DNA of 63,551 nucleotides, the filler included. It is 4 parts of 4 records of this genome, joined end to end, with 100 filler letters (N's around TTAATTAATTAA, not from the genome) between each part and the next. Parts side by side here need not be neighbours in the genome. Positions count along the whole stretch, not along the records: positions 1 to 30,621 come from DRR723986_4901; 3 more parts are not named here. The stretch is one strand, 5' to 3'. Positions 1 through 10,080 of this stretch are shown in pieces; the first letter of the stretch is position 1, and each line of letters begins with the position of its first letter. The translations under genes and the position numbers were made by a program. The notes below the pieces were generated by a model. The model was given only the letters and a program-made list of their open reading frames with translations, was not told where the DNA came from and did no database searches.

Positions 1-580
1 CCCGCCGATCTTCGACCACGTGTTCCACGGCTTCAAGGAAGCTTTGTTCAACATCATCTCGGTCATGACGGGGACAGGGTATGCGTCTGCGCCCTATGAC
101 ACCTGGGGCACGCCGGTGATGGCGATCTTCCTGGGGGCGACCTTTGTCGGCGGTTGTGCCGGGTCTGCCGCCTGCGGTCTCAAGATGTTCCGTCTGGAGA
201 TCGCCTCCAAGGCCATGCTCGCCTATTCGCGCCGCATGGTTCAGCCGCACCGCCGGGCGCCGATCAAGTATGGCGGCAAGAATGTCGATGAAGACACGCT
301 GCAATCCGTCATGGTCTTCATGTTTCTCTACTTCGCGACCTTTCTGATCTCTGCCGCCCTGCTGGGCCTGGACGGGCTGGACCCCCTGACCGCGATTTCG
401 GGTGCGGCGACGACGGTATCGAATGTCGGCCCCGGTCTTGGCCCGATCAATGGCCCGTCCGGTACGTTCCAGGATTTCTCCGACTTCGCCACCTGGGTCT
501 GCACGATCAACATGCTGCTCGGGCGGCTGGAATTCGTGGTCGTCTTCGTTGTGCTGACCCGCCGCTTCTGGCGCGGATAG
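1..580 (+). CDS. trkH: TrkH-family potassium uptake membrane protein, C-terminal part (5' truncated by window edge)
   Basis: Pore-loop motifs SVMTGTGY, FVGGCAGSAACGLK and TTVSNVGPGLG, and C-terminal MLLGRLE, all typical of TrkH. Confidence 0.92.
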   Translation, partial: PPIFDHVFHGFKEALFNIISVMTGTGYASAPYDTWGTPVMAIFLGATFVGGCAGSAACGLKMFRLEIASKAMLAYSRRMVQPHRRAPIKYGGKNVDEDTLQSVMVFMFLYFATFLISAALLGLDGLDPLTAISGAATTVSNVGPGLGPINGPSGTFQDFSDFATWVCTINMLLGRLEFVVVFVVLTRRFWRG

Positions 581-592
581 TCCGGTGGCAGA

Positions 593-2113
593 TCAGTTCC
601 AGGGATTGAACCGCCGGGCGGGTCGAGCGGGCTGGGCCCCTTCGGTTTCCGGCTCGGATTTTTCGACCGGCGCCTCAGGTTCTGGCGTTTCCGGTGTCGT
701 TTCAGTGACCGCGGGCAGGGGCTCGGCCGGCACACCCGGCTTCAGGTCGGCTTCCGTGAAGCCAAACTCTGCATCCTGTTCCATCCGCCACTCCTGCGTC
801 GGATCAGGCTCCGCTTCCTCAGGCATGTCATCCGGCAGGTCGAGTGTTCCATCGATCAGGCCGCGTTCGGTTGGCTCTGCAGCGGCGGACGGCGCGCGCG
901 GCTCTGTACGATGAGCAGCATGCGTCGACCCCAAGCCAAAACCCGATGTGATGCCCGATAGGCTGAAGCTGCGTGGCGCGGGTTGTTCAGGCTCTGCGTG
1001 TGGAGCTGGCTCTGGTTCCGGTGCCGTTTCGGCGACGGGTTCCGGAGCCGGTTCAGGTGCAGGTTCCGGGGCTGGCTCGGGCGCAGCTTCGGTTTCTGTA
1101 GAGCGGTAACGGCTGAGATCGTTCAGGCTGCCTGAAAATATGCCAGACCCGAATACGGTGGCGGGCCGCTGAGCAGGGGCGGCCGGATCTTCAGCGGGGG
1201 CATCCGGCTCGGCGGCAGGTGTCTCGTCTTCGGCGCCAGCATTCCTGATCGATTCCCAGACATCATTCTCGCCGCCAAATGGTTCCTCGGCCACGGGCCC
1301 TTCCTCAGCGGCTTTGGTCACAGCTTCCTCCACCGCGGGCAGAGGCTCCGCGACGGCCGGCGCTTCGAACTCGGCGGCAACCGCATAGGTGCGGGCGGTG
1401 TCTTCCGACCCTGCGAAGGGCGCGTAGGGCTCGGCTTCGGCAACAGGTTCCGGTTCGGAGACGGGTGTGACGTCTTCTGCAGGTGCTTCTGCGTTGGCCG
1501 GCATTGCGGGTGCTTCCACAACGGGTTCAGGCAAAGGCTCCGGCGCAACATCCAATTCGGTTTCTTCCGTCACCTGCGTGGCGGCGTGTGGCGGTGCATT
1601 CACCTGCTCGGCCATTGCTGCGATGGCGGCCTGCATGTCAGCCTGGCCTTCATATTCCGGCTCAGGCAGTTCGTGATCTTCCAGCGGGTAGGAGTCGTCG
1701 CCGCCATCTTCGGGATGTTCGAAGCTTTCCGGTTCGCGCAAGGGCGCTGAGGTCTCGGTCGCCGTCTCGTCTTCCGCATCCGCCTCGTCAAGGCTGCTCA
1801 GCAAGGCAGAGATCGCCTTCTCGGCGCCGCGCGCATGTCGGTGCGCTTCACGATACAGGTCTTCGACGAACTCGGTGTAAGGCCGCCCGTCCACATCGGT
1901 TTCGCCTGCGAAATCCTCCGGTGAGCAGGTCTCTATTTCCCGGCCCAGCGTGTCGGTCAGCAACATGGAGTGCGGCGCAGCCGTCAGCGTCACGCGATAC
2001 CCTTCGGTGTCGTGCTTGATCGAGCCGTTGTCGCTTTCTTCCCAGCTGACCCGCTGTTTGCGGGTCATCTCATCGAGCTTGTCGATCAGGCGTTTGGTCG
2101 AAGCATGCAGCAT
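593..2113 (-). CDS. Hypothetical protein: folded N-terminal ~110 aa, long Pro/Glu/Ala-rich acidic low-complexity region, C-terminal RRFNPWN
   Basis: 506-aa ORF with coding-like codon use; APEP repeats; no family recognised. Confidence 0.75.
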   Translation of the reverse strand: MLHASTKRLIDKLDEMTRKQRVSWEESDNGSIKHDTEGYRVTLTAAPHSMLLTDTLGREIETCSPEDFAGETDVDGRPYTEFVEDLYREAHRHARGAEKAISALLSSLDEADAEDETATETSAPLREPESFEHPEDGGDDSYPLEDHELPEPEYEGQADMQAAIAAMAEQVNAPPHAATQVTEETELDVAPEPLPEPVVEAPAMPANAEAPAEDVTPVSEPEPVAEAEPYAPFAGSEDTARTYAVAAEFEAPAVAEPLPAVEEAVTKAAEEGPVAEEPFGGENDVWESIRNAGAEDETPAAEPDAPAEDPAAPAQRPATVFGSGIFSGSLNDLSRYRSTETEAAPEPAPEPAPEPAPEPVAETAPEPEPAPHAEPEQPAPRSFSLSGITSGFGLGSTHAAHRTEPRAPSAAAEPTERGLIDGTLDLPDDMPEEAEPDPTQEWRMEQDAEFGFTEADLKPGVPAEPLPAVTETTPETPEPEAPVEKSEPETEGAQPARPARRFNPWN

Positions 2114-2310
2114 TCCGGGGTGTCTCCCGTTTCCCTGTCCGGAGCCTACCAGTTAGCCTGAGCAGGCCGATTGTTCAAATGCTGCATCAAGAATCGGGCC
2201 AGGAAACTCAGCCTGTGATGGCTGCGCTGGCAAGTGGTGCCGGAACGGGCCAGGTACGACGCCCGGTTGTGCCTTCCCGGGCCAGATCGAACCGGCGCGG
2301 GAAGAGGTAT

Positions 2311-3009
2311 CTACTGCTCCGCCTTCACGCGGGCGATGTCTTTCAGGAAATCCTTGACCGGCTCGCCCTTGGCGGCGGAAAATTCGCTACGATAGCCCTT
2401 CACCACACCGTCCGGCGAGACGAGAAGGTAAGAGGGCGTCCAGTCGATCCTGAGCGTGTTGCGTAGGCTTGCGTCAGAGTCGATCACTACCGGATAGGAA
2501 TAGCCTTTCTCGGCGAAATAGGCGTCGACCGAGCCATATTTCTTGTACATCTCTTCCGGGGTCGCCCGCGCCGCGCTGGCGGGCACATGGATAGACAGGA
2601 AGTCGAGGTCCGGATCCTGGTTGATGGCGGTCGAGAGCGCGGCCGCATAAGGCGCGTCGGCCTGGCAATCGCTGCACCAAAGGCCCCAGACATCAATCAC
2701 GGTCCATTGGGTCAGATCGTCGGAATCGAAGGCCGAGCCGTCCTGCATCGTGCCGGTGAAGTGCGGCAGCTTCTGGCCCAGGAAGGCATACTCATAGGGG
2801 CGGCCATAATCGTCACGGCGCACACTGCCGTCTTCCGCCAGGGGCAGGGGATTGGCCGTGATGAAGCCGGTCGCGTCGGCGGGCAGGACAGATTCTGCGT
2901 CAGTCGCTGCAATCGCCGTATCGGCTGGGGTATCCGCATTCTCGCTCACTGGGCTGCAGGCGCTGACAAGTGCGATCATGGTGGAGGTTGAAAGAAAAGT
3001 GCGGATCAT
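2311..3009 (-). CDS. TlpA/redoxin-family thioredoxin-fold lipoprotein
   Basis: Lipobox LVSAC; WCSDC CxxC motif; YPVVID and WTPSY (cis-Pro loop) segments. Confidence 0.85.
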   Translation of the reverse strand: MIRTFLSTSTMIALVSACSPVSENADTPADTAIAATDAESVLPADATGFITANPLPLAEDGSVRRDDYGRPYEYAFLGQKLPHFTGTMQDGSAFDSDDLTQWTVIDVWGLWCSDCQADAPYAAALSTAINQDPDLDFLSIHVPASAARATPEEMYKKYGSVDAYFAEKGYSYPVVIDSDASLRNTLRIDWTPSYLLVSPDGVVKGYRSEFSAAKGEPVKDFLKDIARVKAEQ

Positions 3010-3133
3010 TCGGGCCGTTCCTTTGAGCGTTTCAGGCTACGTAGTCAGGATTGCCCGGACCCGGAACTAAGGTGAGCGATAAGAAACTCTATCAAGACAT
3101 TGGAAGTGTTGGCTTTTCCATTACGCCCAAAAG

Positions 3134-3161
3134 AAAAAGCCCCGGCAAATGCCGGGGCTTT
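3134..3161 (-). terminator. Rho-independent terminator downstream of thiolase
   Basis: aaagccccggca/tgccggggcttt stem with an adjoining A-run (U-tract on minus strand). Confidence 0.8.
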
Positions 3162-3184
3162 CCTGCTGCTGTAGCCGGTATGGC

Positions 3185-4393
3185 TTAGCTGTAGATTTCG
3201 AACAGGCCGGCAGCGCCCTGACCACCGCCGATACACATCGTGACGACGCCCCACTTTGCGCCGCGGCGTTGGCCTTCCATCAGGATGGAGCCGGTGCAGC
3301 GTGCGCCGGTCATGCCGAACGGGTGGCCGATGGAGATCGAGCCGCCGTTCACATTGTATTTCGCCGGGTCGATGCCCAGGCGGTCGCGCGAATAAAGGCA
3401 CTGCGAAGCGAAGGCTTCGTTCAGTTCCCAGAGGTCGATGTCGTCGACCTTGAGGCCATGACGCTCCAGCAGACGCGGAACGGCGAAGACCGGGCCGATG
3501 CCCATTTCGTCCGGATCGCAACCGGCGACGTTGAAGCCGACGAAGCGGCCGAGCGGCTTGAGGCCGCGTTTTGCGGCTTCCTGGGCTTCCATCACCACGA
3601 CAGCGGCGGCGCCATCGGACAGCTGGGATGCGTTACCGGCGGTGATGTACTTGCCTTCCTTCACGACCATGCCGCCCGAGAAGACAGGCTTCAGGCCAGC
3701 GAGGGATTCTGCCGTCGTGCCCGGACGGTTACAGTCGTCGCGGTCAACGACGACTTCCTGGAAGGTCTCTTCGCCGGTTTCCTTGTTGACGAGTTTCATC
3801 CGCGTCTTCAGCGGAACGATCTCTTCAGCCATATGGCCGCTTTCCTGGAAGGCGGCGGTGCGCTTCTGGGATTCAGCGGAATACTCGTCCTGGTATTCGC
3901 GGCTGACGTTGTAGCGGTCAGCAACGATTTCGGCGGTTTCGATCATCGACATCCAAACGGCCGGCCATTTTTCGTACAGGCCTTCTTCCACGATGCGGTG
4001 GCGGTTGGTCTTGCCGGAATGGGCGACCAGCGACAGGCTTTCGACACCGCCGCCAACAGCCACCGGTGCGCCTTCGTTGATCACGGTGTGTGCAGCATTG
4101 GCGATCGCCTGCAGGCCCGAGGAGCAGAAGCGGTTGATGGTGGCGCCTGCGGTCGAGGACGGGCAGCCAGCGGCCAGCGCGATGTTGCGGGCGACGTTCA
4201 TGCCCGTTGCGCCTTCCGGCTGGGCGGAGCCGAAGAACACGTCTTCCACGGCGGCGGCTTCCACGCCAGCACGCTCAAGCGCGGCCGACATGACATGGCC
4301 ACCCATGACGATCGGGTGGGTGTCATTGAGACCTCCACGGTGGGTCTTGGTCATGCCCGTACGGGCGTAAGATACGATAACGGCTTCACGCAT
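3185..4393 (-). CDS. Acetyl-CoA C-acyltransferase (thiolase)
   Basis: NRFCSSGL, NEAFA, GHPFGMTG and MCIGGGQG motifs. Confidence 0.96.
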   Translation of the reverse strand: MREAVIVSYARTGMTKTHRGGLNDTHPIVMGGHVMSAALERAGVEAAAVEDVFFGSAQPEGATGMNVARNIALAAGCPSSTAGATINRFCSSGLQAIANAAHTVINEGAPVAVGGGVESLSLVAHSGKTNRHRIVEEGLYEKWPAVWMSMIETAEIVADRYNVSREYQDEYSAESQKRTAAFQESGHMAEEIVPLKTRMKLVNKETGEETFQEVVVDRDDCNRPGTTAESLAGLKPVFSGGMVVKEGKYITAGNASQLSDGAAAVVVMEAQEAAKRGLKPLGRFVGFNVAGCDPDEMGIGPVFAVPRLLERHGLKVDDIDLWELNEAFASQCLYSRDRLGIDPAKYNVNGGSISIGHPFGMTGARCTGSILMEGQRRGAKWGVVTMCIGGGQGAAGLFEIYS

Positions 4394-4548
4394 GGATTTC
4401 CCTCCAAGGACTGCAGTGATTGTTGCGGTGCACCCTACTGGCCCAATGAAAGGAACGCCAGCCCTTCCGTTCGCGTAAACGGCATGAAATCACGGCAAAT
4501 TTTGCCCCGATAACGCGCCGGTGAGGCGTCAATGAGGGACAGGAATGC

Positions 4549-4579
4549 AAAAAAGCGCCGCCTGAGGGCAGGCGGCGCT
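4549..4579 (-). terminator. Rho-independent terminator of pckA
   Basis: agcgccgcctg/caggcggcgct 11-bp stem with A6 run (U6 on minus strand). Confidence 0.85.
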
Positions 4580-4604
4580 CAATTTCAGATAGGTCGGATC
4601 AGGC

Positions 4605-6197
4605 TCAGACCGTGACTTTTGCCTTCGGCGCAGCGGCCTTTACAGCATCGTCCACATAGACTTCGAACTTGGCGAAGTTCTCAACGAACATGTCGGCCAG
4701 TTTGGCGGCCTGCTTGTCAAAGGCAGCGCCGTCGGCCCAGGTCGAACGCGGGTTGAGGATCTTCGCATCCACGCCCGGCACGCTTTCCGGAACCAGGAAG
4801 CCGAAGGTTTCGTCTTCGCGGAAGCTGGCGTTGTTCAGCGAGCCGTCGAGGGCGGCGTTGAGCAATGCGCGGGTTGCCTTGATCGGCATGCGGTGGCCGG
4901 TGCCGTAGGGGCCGCCGGTCCAGCCGGTGGAGACCAGCCAGCAGTTCACATCGTACTTGCCGATCAGTTCGCGCAGCAGGTTTCCGTATTCTGACGGATG
5001 GCGCGGCATGAACGGGCCGCCGAAGCAGGTGGAGAAGGTCGCCGTCGGTTCGGTGACGCCTTTCTCGGTGCCGGCAACCTTGGCGGTGTAGCCGGACAGG
5101 AAGTGGTACATCGCCTGGGCCGGGGTCAGCTTGGCGATTGGCGGCAGGACGCCAAAGGCATCTGCCGTCAGCATGATGAGGTTTTTTGGCTGGCCGCAGC
5201 GGCCAGACAGGGACGCGTTCGGAATGGCCGAAATCGGATAGGCGCCGCGGGAGTTCTCGGCGAGCGTTGCATCGTCGAGGTCCAGCTGGCGGGTGTCGGC
5301 GTCCATCACGACGTTTTCGAGAACGGTGCCCCACTGCTTTGTCGTGGCGAAGATTTCCGGTTCAGCTTCTTCCGACAGCTTGATCATCTTGGCGTAGCAG
5401 CCGCCTTCGAAATTGAAGAGGCCGTTTTCCGACCAGCCATGCTCGTCGTCGCCGATCAGGATACGGCTGGCGTCGGCCGACAGGGTCGTCTTGCCGGTGC
5501 CCGACAAGCCGAAGAAGATGGCGGCATCGTCGTCCGGCGAAGTGTTCACCGAGCAGTGCATCGGCATGACCTTCTTGGCCGGCAAGTAATAGTTGAGTGC
5601 CGTGAAGACGGACTTCTTGGTCTCGCCGGCATAGGACGTACCGCCGATCAGGACCATGCGCTTGGCAAAGTTCACCGCGATCACGGTCTCGGAGCGGCAG
5701 CCATGGCGTGCCGGATCGGCGCGGAAGCTCGGACAGTTGATGATCGTGAATTGCGATTCGAAGTTCTCGTACTCGCCGGCTTCCGGAATCCGCAGCAGGT
5801 GGCGGATGAACAGGGAGTGCCAGGCGTATTCGGTGACCACGGTCACCGGCAGGCGATGGGACAGGTCCGCGCCGCCGAACAGTTCCTGTGCGAACACGTC
5901 CTTAGCGGCGAGGTGGACTTTGAAGTCTTCGAAGAGGGCGTCGAACTGCGCCGGCGTCATCGAGGCGTTGTTGTCCCACCAGACCGTGTTTTCAGTCGTT
6001 TCGTCACGGACAGTGAACTTGTCTTTTGCAGATCGGCCGGTGTGTTGTCCGGTTTCCACAACAAGAGGGCCGCCCTCAGCGACACGTGCTTCGCCCGTTG
6101 CGACGGAGGTCTCGTAGAGACGCGCTTCGTTCCAGTTTTTACGGACGGATTTTGGCTGAATCCCCAGTTCTCCAAGGATCGCTACAGTATCGCTCAT
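4605..6197 (-). CDS. pckA: Phosphoenolpyruvate carboxykinase (ATP)
   Basis: [12 protein letters not shown]-loop, [27 protein letters not shown]. Confidence 0.98.
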   Translation of the reverse strand: MSDTVAILGELGIQPKSVRKNWNEARLYETSVATGEARVAEGGPLVVETGQHTGRSAKDKFTVRDETTENTVWWDNNASMTPAQFDALFEDFKVHLAAKDVFAQELFGGADLSHRLPVTVVTEYAWHSLFIRHLLRIPEAGEYENFESQFTIINCPSFRADPARHGCRSETVIAVNFAKRMVLIGGTSYAGETKKSVFTALNYYLPAKKVMPMHCSVNTSPDDDAAIFFGLSGTGKTTLSADASRILIGDDEHGWSENGLFNFEGGCYAKMIKLSEEAEPEIFATTKQWGTVLENVVMDADTRQLDLDDATLAENSRGAYPISAIPNASLSGRCGQPKNLIMLTADAFGVLPPIAKLTPAQAMYHFLSGYTAKVAGTEKGVTEPTATFSTCFGGPFMPRHPSEYGNLLRELIGKYDVNCWLVSTGWTGGPYGTGHRMPIKATRALLNAALDGSLNNASFREDETFGFLVPESVPGVDAKILNPRSTWADGAAFDKQAAKLADMFVENFAKFEVYVDDAVKAAAPKAKVTV

Positions 6198-6378
6198 TTT
6201 AGCCTCTGTTCCTGCCTTTTAATGCTGTTTCCCCAGCGCATTTCGTGCGCTCGTTTGGCTCACCCGTCCAAAATTTGCAACATTTGTGCCCATTACGGAA
6301 CCGCTAGTTTCATATATTTTCATGCAGGTTCGCTTCGGCACGGCGGATTGGCGCCCATGTCCCGTAATCGAACACAAT

Positions 6379-7005
6379 TTATTCTGCTTCTTTTTCTTTA
6401 TCCGCCCCGCGCAGACGGTCCAGGATCGCGTCCTGCCAGGCTTCGGGAAGCGCATACAGAATCCAGGCACCGGCTTCGTAGTGCGCCCGCCGCCAGATAT
6501 CGATCGGATTGAGATCGCCGGGCGGGCAGGCGCCCATGGCGCTGGGCTGGTGATCCGGTTGGGCGTTGTAGATCACTTTGGCCCGGATCACCTGCATGCA
6601 GTTGGAAACAAAGACGATTTCGCCGGGCGCCCGGGTTTTGGCATTGCGGGCGAGGTTCTTCAGACCGGAGATCGTGTCGCGGCTTTCCACATCCGCAGAG
6701 ATGCGCCCGCCGAGACCAGAGCCGCGCGCTGCGATCAGCGCCATTTCCTGGCTGCCGAGCCAGCCCTCCTGCGGGCGGTGGCCACCGACCATGTAGAGCC
6801 GGTCCAGCTTTCCAGCCTTGAGCAGGTTCACGGCCTTCGCGATTCGCGCGGCGGCGTCCTTGTTATTGTCGGTGTAGAAGACGACACCCGTGCCGCCGGT
6901 CAGCGATTTGGACTGATCCATGAAACGGCTGACGCCCCAGAAGAGGGCGGTCGCGGTCAGATCCAGTACGATCAGCCAGAATACGATTCGGCGAAGCCAG
7001 CGCAT
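6379..7005 (-). CDS. YdcF/DUF218-like membrane-anchored protein (divergent)
   Basis: N-terminal TM helix; RIAKAVNLLKAG...LYMVGG, ESRDT and FVSN..QVIRA resemble DUF218 motifs. Confidence 0.6.
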   Translation of the reverse strand: MRWLRRIVFWLIVLDLTATALFWGVSRFMDQSKSLTGGTGVVFYTDNNKDAAARIAKAVNLLKAGKLDRLYMVGGHRPQEGWLGSQEMALIAARGSGLGGRISADVESRDTISGLKNLARNAKTRAPGEIVFVSNCMQVIRAKVIYNAQPDHQPSAMGACPPGDLNPIDIWRRAHYEAGAWILYALPEAWQDAILDRLRGADKEKEAE

Positions 7006-7012
7006 GCCCGAC

Positions 7013-7465
7013 CTATAAAGACTGCTTCAGGGCAGGCCGCCATGCCCCATTTGCAGTCGCGGTCAGGAATGTGATCGCGGGCGTTGTCAGGCGCTCCGGC
7101 AGGTTGTCCCGGGTGAACCAGCCCCAGCCGCCATGCTTTTCAGGTTCCATGATACGCGGGTCTCCTGAAACGATGCGGGCCTCGTAGATCGGCGACACCC
7201 AGTGCTGGCCATCGCCGCCGTCGATGATCTCCGAGATACAGGCAAGGCGCGTCAGTTCGATGACGATGCCGAGCTCTTCCTCGATTTCGCGGCGAGCCGT
7301 GTCTTCGGAGCGTTCACCGAAATCGATCTTTCCGCCGGGCAGGCCCCAGGCGCCGGCCTCTGGTTCCTTCAGGCGCTGGATCAGGAGGATGCGCCCCTGG
7401 TCGTCGAGAATTCCGGCGCCACAGCCGGCTCCGGGGCGGAGGGAAGAATCGGTCATGGCGGTCAT
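7013..7465 (-). CDS. NUDIX hydrolase
   Basis: Nudix box GGKIDFGERSEDTARREIEEELGI. Confidence 0.93.
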   Translation of the reverse strand: MTAMTDSSLRPGAGCGAGILDDQGRILLIQRLKEPEAGAWGLPGGKIDFGERSEDTARREIEEELGIVIELTRLACISEIIDGGDGQHWVSPIYEARIVSGDPRIMEPEKHGGWGWFTRDNLPERLTTPAITFLTATANGAWRPALKQSL

Positions 7466-7500
7466 TCTAAGCCAGACCGCCCGCCCGGGCAGCTATTGAA

Positions 7501-7893
7501 TCAACGCTCGCCGAGAATCCAGCGGATCACGTCGGTATAATCGAAAGCCAGTGAAACCGTCAGTACCATGACGGAAAGAACGATCCATTTTCCTGACAGG
7601 GTCTGGCTCACGCGCCATTGTGCATGCCGACGGACCAGATAGACCAGCACCGGCGTCCAGAAGATCACATGGGCAAGGCCAAGCAGCCGCGAATAGCCGA
7701 TCTGGCTATAAAGGGCCATCAAGGTGCCGGCGCCCGCCAGGAAGCCTGCCAGTATCCAGCGCGCCTCGACCCGAACAAAGCTGAACGGCACAGCGAACAC
7801 GCCCAGCACGACCACCATGATGTCCATCCAGTACTGGACCCATTGGGGTTGTTTGGCGACATCGGCCTGCCAGGCGGCCATCAGGTCTTGCAT
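7501..7893 (-). CDS. Hypothetical integral membrane protein (about 4 TM)
   Basis: Hydrophobic 130-aa ORF immediately downstream of the dehalogenase, co-oriented. Confidence 0.75.
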   Translation of the reverse strand: MQDLMAAWQADVAKQPQWVQYWMDIMVVVLGVFAVPFSFVRVEARWILAGFLAGAGTLMALYSQIGYSRLLGLAHVIFWTPVLVYLVRRHAQWRVSQTLSGKWIVLSVMVLTVSLAFDYTDVIRWILGER

Positions 7894-7894
7894 G

Positions 7895-8797
7895 TCAGAG
7901 TTCCCCGAAGGCTTTCAGTGCGGCTTTGGCGACGGGGGCGCCCCATTCCTGGACGAAATGGCCGGCCGCCTCGATCACCATCGGTTCGGGACAGCCGCGG
8001 ATCTGCGCCCGCAGTTTCTCCATGACGGGCGGCCCGAGTACAGGATCGGCCCCGCCGACAGCCATGAAGGTGTCGCCGTGCCATTCCCGCGCCCACCAGT
8101 CTGAGGCGCGTTTCGACGTCTCTATGCCTTCCATGCCGGGCTCCACCATGACGAGTTCAGGGAAACGCCGCACGCCGGCCTTGTAGCTTGCATCCGGGAA
8201 AGGGGCGCCATAGGCGGCCGCTTCGGCATCTGAGAGCACCGGTGTCCCGCGCTTCATCAGGGCGGCAATGTCCATGTCTGGCTGGGAGGCGCTGTAGGCT
8301 TTCCAGGCATTGAACCCCTGGCTGGGCGAGCTACCGGTCGCCAGCGTCGTGTTCATCACGATCAGACGTTCAAACCTGTCCGGCATGTCCGGCGGCAGGG
8401 TTAGGCCCAGCAGGCCGCCCCAGTCCTGGCAGACAAGCGTGACCTGTTGCAGGTCCAGCCGCTCGATCAGGGCTAGCATCATGTCCCGATGGAAATGGAA
8501 CGTGTAAACATCGTCCGCAACCGGCTTGTCCGAGCGGCCGAAGCCCAGCCAGTCCGGCGCGATCACGCGTGCGCCGGAATCCAGGAAGACGGGGATCATC
8601 TTGCGATAAAGATAAGACCAGGTCGGCTGGCCGTGCAGGCAAAGATAAGTGCGCACTGCATTCTGCGGGCCCTCGTCGGCATAATGGACACGCAGGCCTT
8701 CATAGCCGGGCAGGTCATCCACATAATGTGGCGCATAAGGCCAGCCGGGCAGGCCTTCGAATCGTTCGTCCGGTGTGCGCAGGGCTTCTATCGTCAC
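7895..8797 (-). CDS. Haloalkane dehalogenase (alpha/beta hydrolase, DhlA-like subfamily)
   Basis: LHGQPTWSYLYR, GFGRSDKP, nucleophile elbow CQDWGG, catalytic His in GHFVQE. Confidence 0.9.
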   Translation of the reverse strand: MTIEALRTPDERFEGLPGWPYAPHYVDDLPGYEGLRVHYADEGPQNAVRTYLCLHGQPTWSYLYRKMIPVFLDSGARVIAPDWLGFGRSDKPVADDVYTFHFHRDMMLALIERLDLQQVTLVCQDWGGLLGLTLPPDMPDRFERLIVMNTTLATGSSPSQGFNAWKAYSASQPDMDIAALMKRGTPVLSDAEAAAYGAPFPDASYKAGVRRFPELVMVEPGMEGIETSKRASDWWAREWHGDTFMAVGGADPVLGPPVMEKLRAQIRGCPEPMVIEAAGHFVQEWGAPVAKAALKAFGEL

Positions 8798-8921
8798 TTG
8801 TTTCGTCTCCCACCTTTGATCTCATGCCGCTCCCGGCTAGCATGGCCGGGGCGTTGCTAACGGGATCATTGCGCGAATTGGGCGGAATGTCCCGACACGA
8901 ATTCTGGAAGGAAAGGCCGGC

Positions 8922-9320
8922 ATGGCAAAAGTGATCGGTTTGGGCGGGATATTTTTCCATTGTGAAGACGTCGAGGCGACACGCGCCTGGTACAAACGGG
9001 TGCTGGGCCTCGAAATCGATGACTATGGTGGCTCAAGCTTTCTCCATGCCGACTCGGCGGTGCAGTTTCCGCAGGGCGCTCGCACGATCTGGGCGCCTTT
9101 CAAGGCGGGCAGCGACTATTTCAAACCATCGGATTCGGACTTCATGATCAATCTCATGATCGACGATTTCGACGGTATGCTGGAGCGCCTGAAGGCAGAG
9201 GGTGTGCCGATGGAAGGCGAGCCGATGATCGAATCCTACGGCAAATTCGCCTGGGTGATGGATCCGGACGGCCGTAAGGTCGAACTCTGGCAGCCGGTGG
9301 AGTCCGGTCCCGCCGCCTGA
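8922..9320 (+). CDS. VOC/glyoxalase-family protein
   Basis: KVIGLGGIFF...WY...LG and YGKFAWVMDPDGRKVELWQP. Confidence 0.9.
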   Translation: MAKVIGLGGIFFHCEDVEATRAWYKRVLGLEIDDYGGSSFLHADSAVQFPQGARTIWAPFKAGSDYFKPSDSDFMINLMIDDFDGMLERLKAEGVPMEGEPMIESYGKFAWVMDPDGRKVELWQPVESGPAA

Positions 9321-9329
9321 CCCAACAAA

Positions 9330-9941
9330 TCAGAACCAACCAGCGACGGTGTTCCATGGAACCATGAAAACGGTCAGGCTGACGGCGCCTGCGGTTCCGG
9401 CGAACCCGGCCAGCATCAGGGCCCCATCCCGCGCCACCAGGGCAAGCCCGAACAGCACGATCGCCATGCCGGGTGCAGCAACAGCGAACGGCACCAGTTC
9501 CAGCGGGATCATCAGCAATGAGAGCATCGAAACGGACAGGGCGGCGCCATAAGTGGCGATTCTTCCGGTCGCCCAGGTCAGGCGTTCAGTGATCATCCGG
9601 TCGATCCGCTGGAGCCAGGGCTTCACCCGGCCTCGCGCCTCTTCGAGCTTTGAGCATTCAATTCCTTGTTCCTGCACGAATTCCGGCGTCCAGATATGGC
9701 GGGCGCCAAACACGATCTGCAGGCTGAACAGGAGGATGATGGCGCCGACGACGATCGGCAGGCCCGGAATCCCGCCGAGTGGGGGCACGGAGACCAGCAG
9801 GCCAAGCAGCATGATGACCGGTCCGAAAGACCTGTCGCCGAACATGTCGAGCAGGGCGCCGATCGTGACCTTGTCCTGATCACAGTCCTCGATGGCGGTG
9901 TCGAGAACGCTCTCCAATGGTTTGCTGCGGCTTGGGGCCAT
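9330..9941 (-). CDS. exoD: ExoD-family membrane protein
   Basis: TIGALLDMFGDRSFGP, IPG motif, LVARDGAL signature. Confidence 0.88.
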   Translation of the reverse strand: MAPSRSKPLESVLDTAIEDCDQDKVTIGALLDMFGDRSFGPVIMLLGLLVSVPPLGGIPGLPIVVGAIILLFSLQIVFGARHIWTPEFVQEQGIECSKLEEARGRVKPWLQRIDRMITERLTWATGRIATYGAALSVSMLSLLMIPLELVPFAVAAPGMAIVLFGLALVARDGALMLAGFAGTAGAVSLTVFMVPWNTVAGWF

Positions 9942-9964
9942 AACATCTCTCCGATTGAAGGCTT

Positions 9965-9989
9965 AACGTGCCAACAGGCGGAGCGTTGC
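9965..9989 (-). promoter_or_regulatory. Putative EcfG/SigT (general stress response) promoter of exoD
   Basis: Minus strand GCAAC-N16-CGTT versus consensus GGAAC-N16/17-CGTT, just upstream of the exoD RBS. Confidence 0.55.
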
Positions 9990-10080
9990 CGGAAAAAAGC
10001 AAAAAAGTGGCCGCCCGGCTTTGAATCCGAGGCGGCCCGAGGAGAGGCTCTGGAGAGCTAGACTGGCAAGTCGCGCCGTT

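Noticed and set aside
1024-1086. 12-nt periodicity
   Set aside because: Encodes APEP repeats with synonymous variation; a protein-level repeat only
3149-6512. Long plus-strand ORFs (3149-4513, 4998-6512)
   Set aside because: Antisense shadows of the thiolase and pckA genes in high-GC DNA; no motifs
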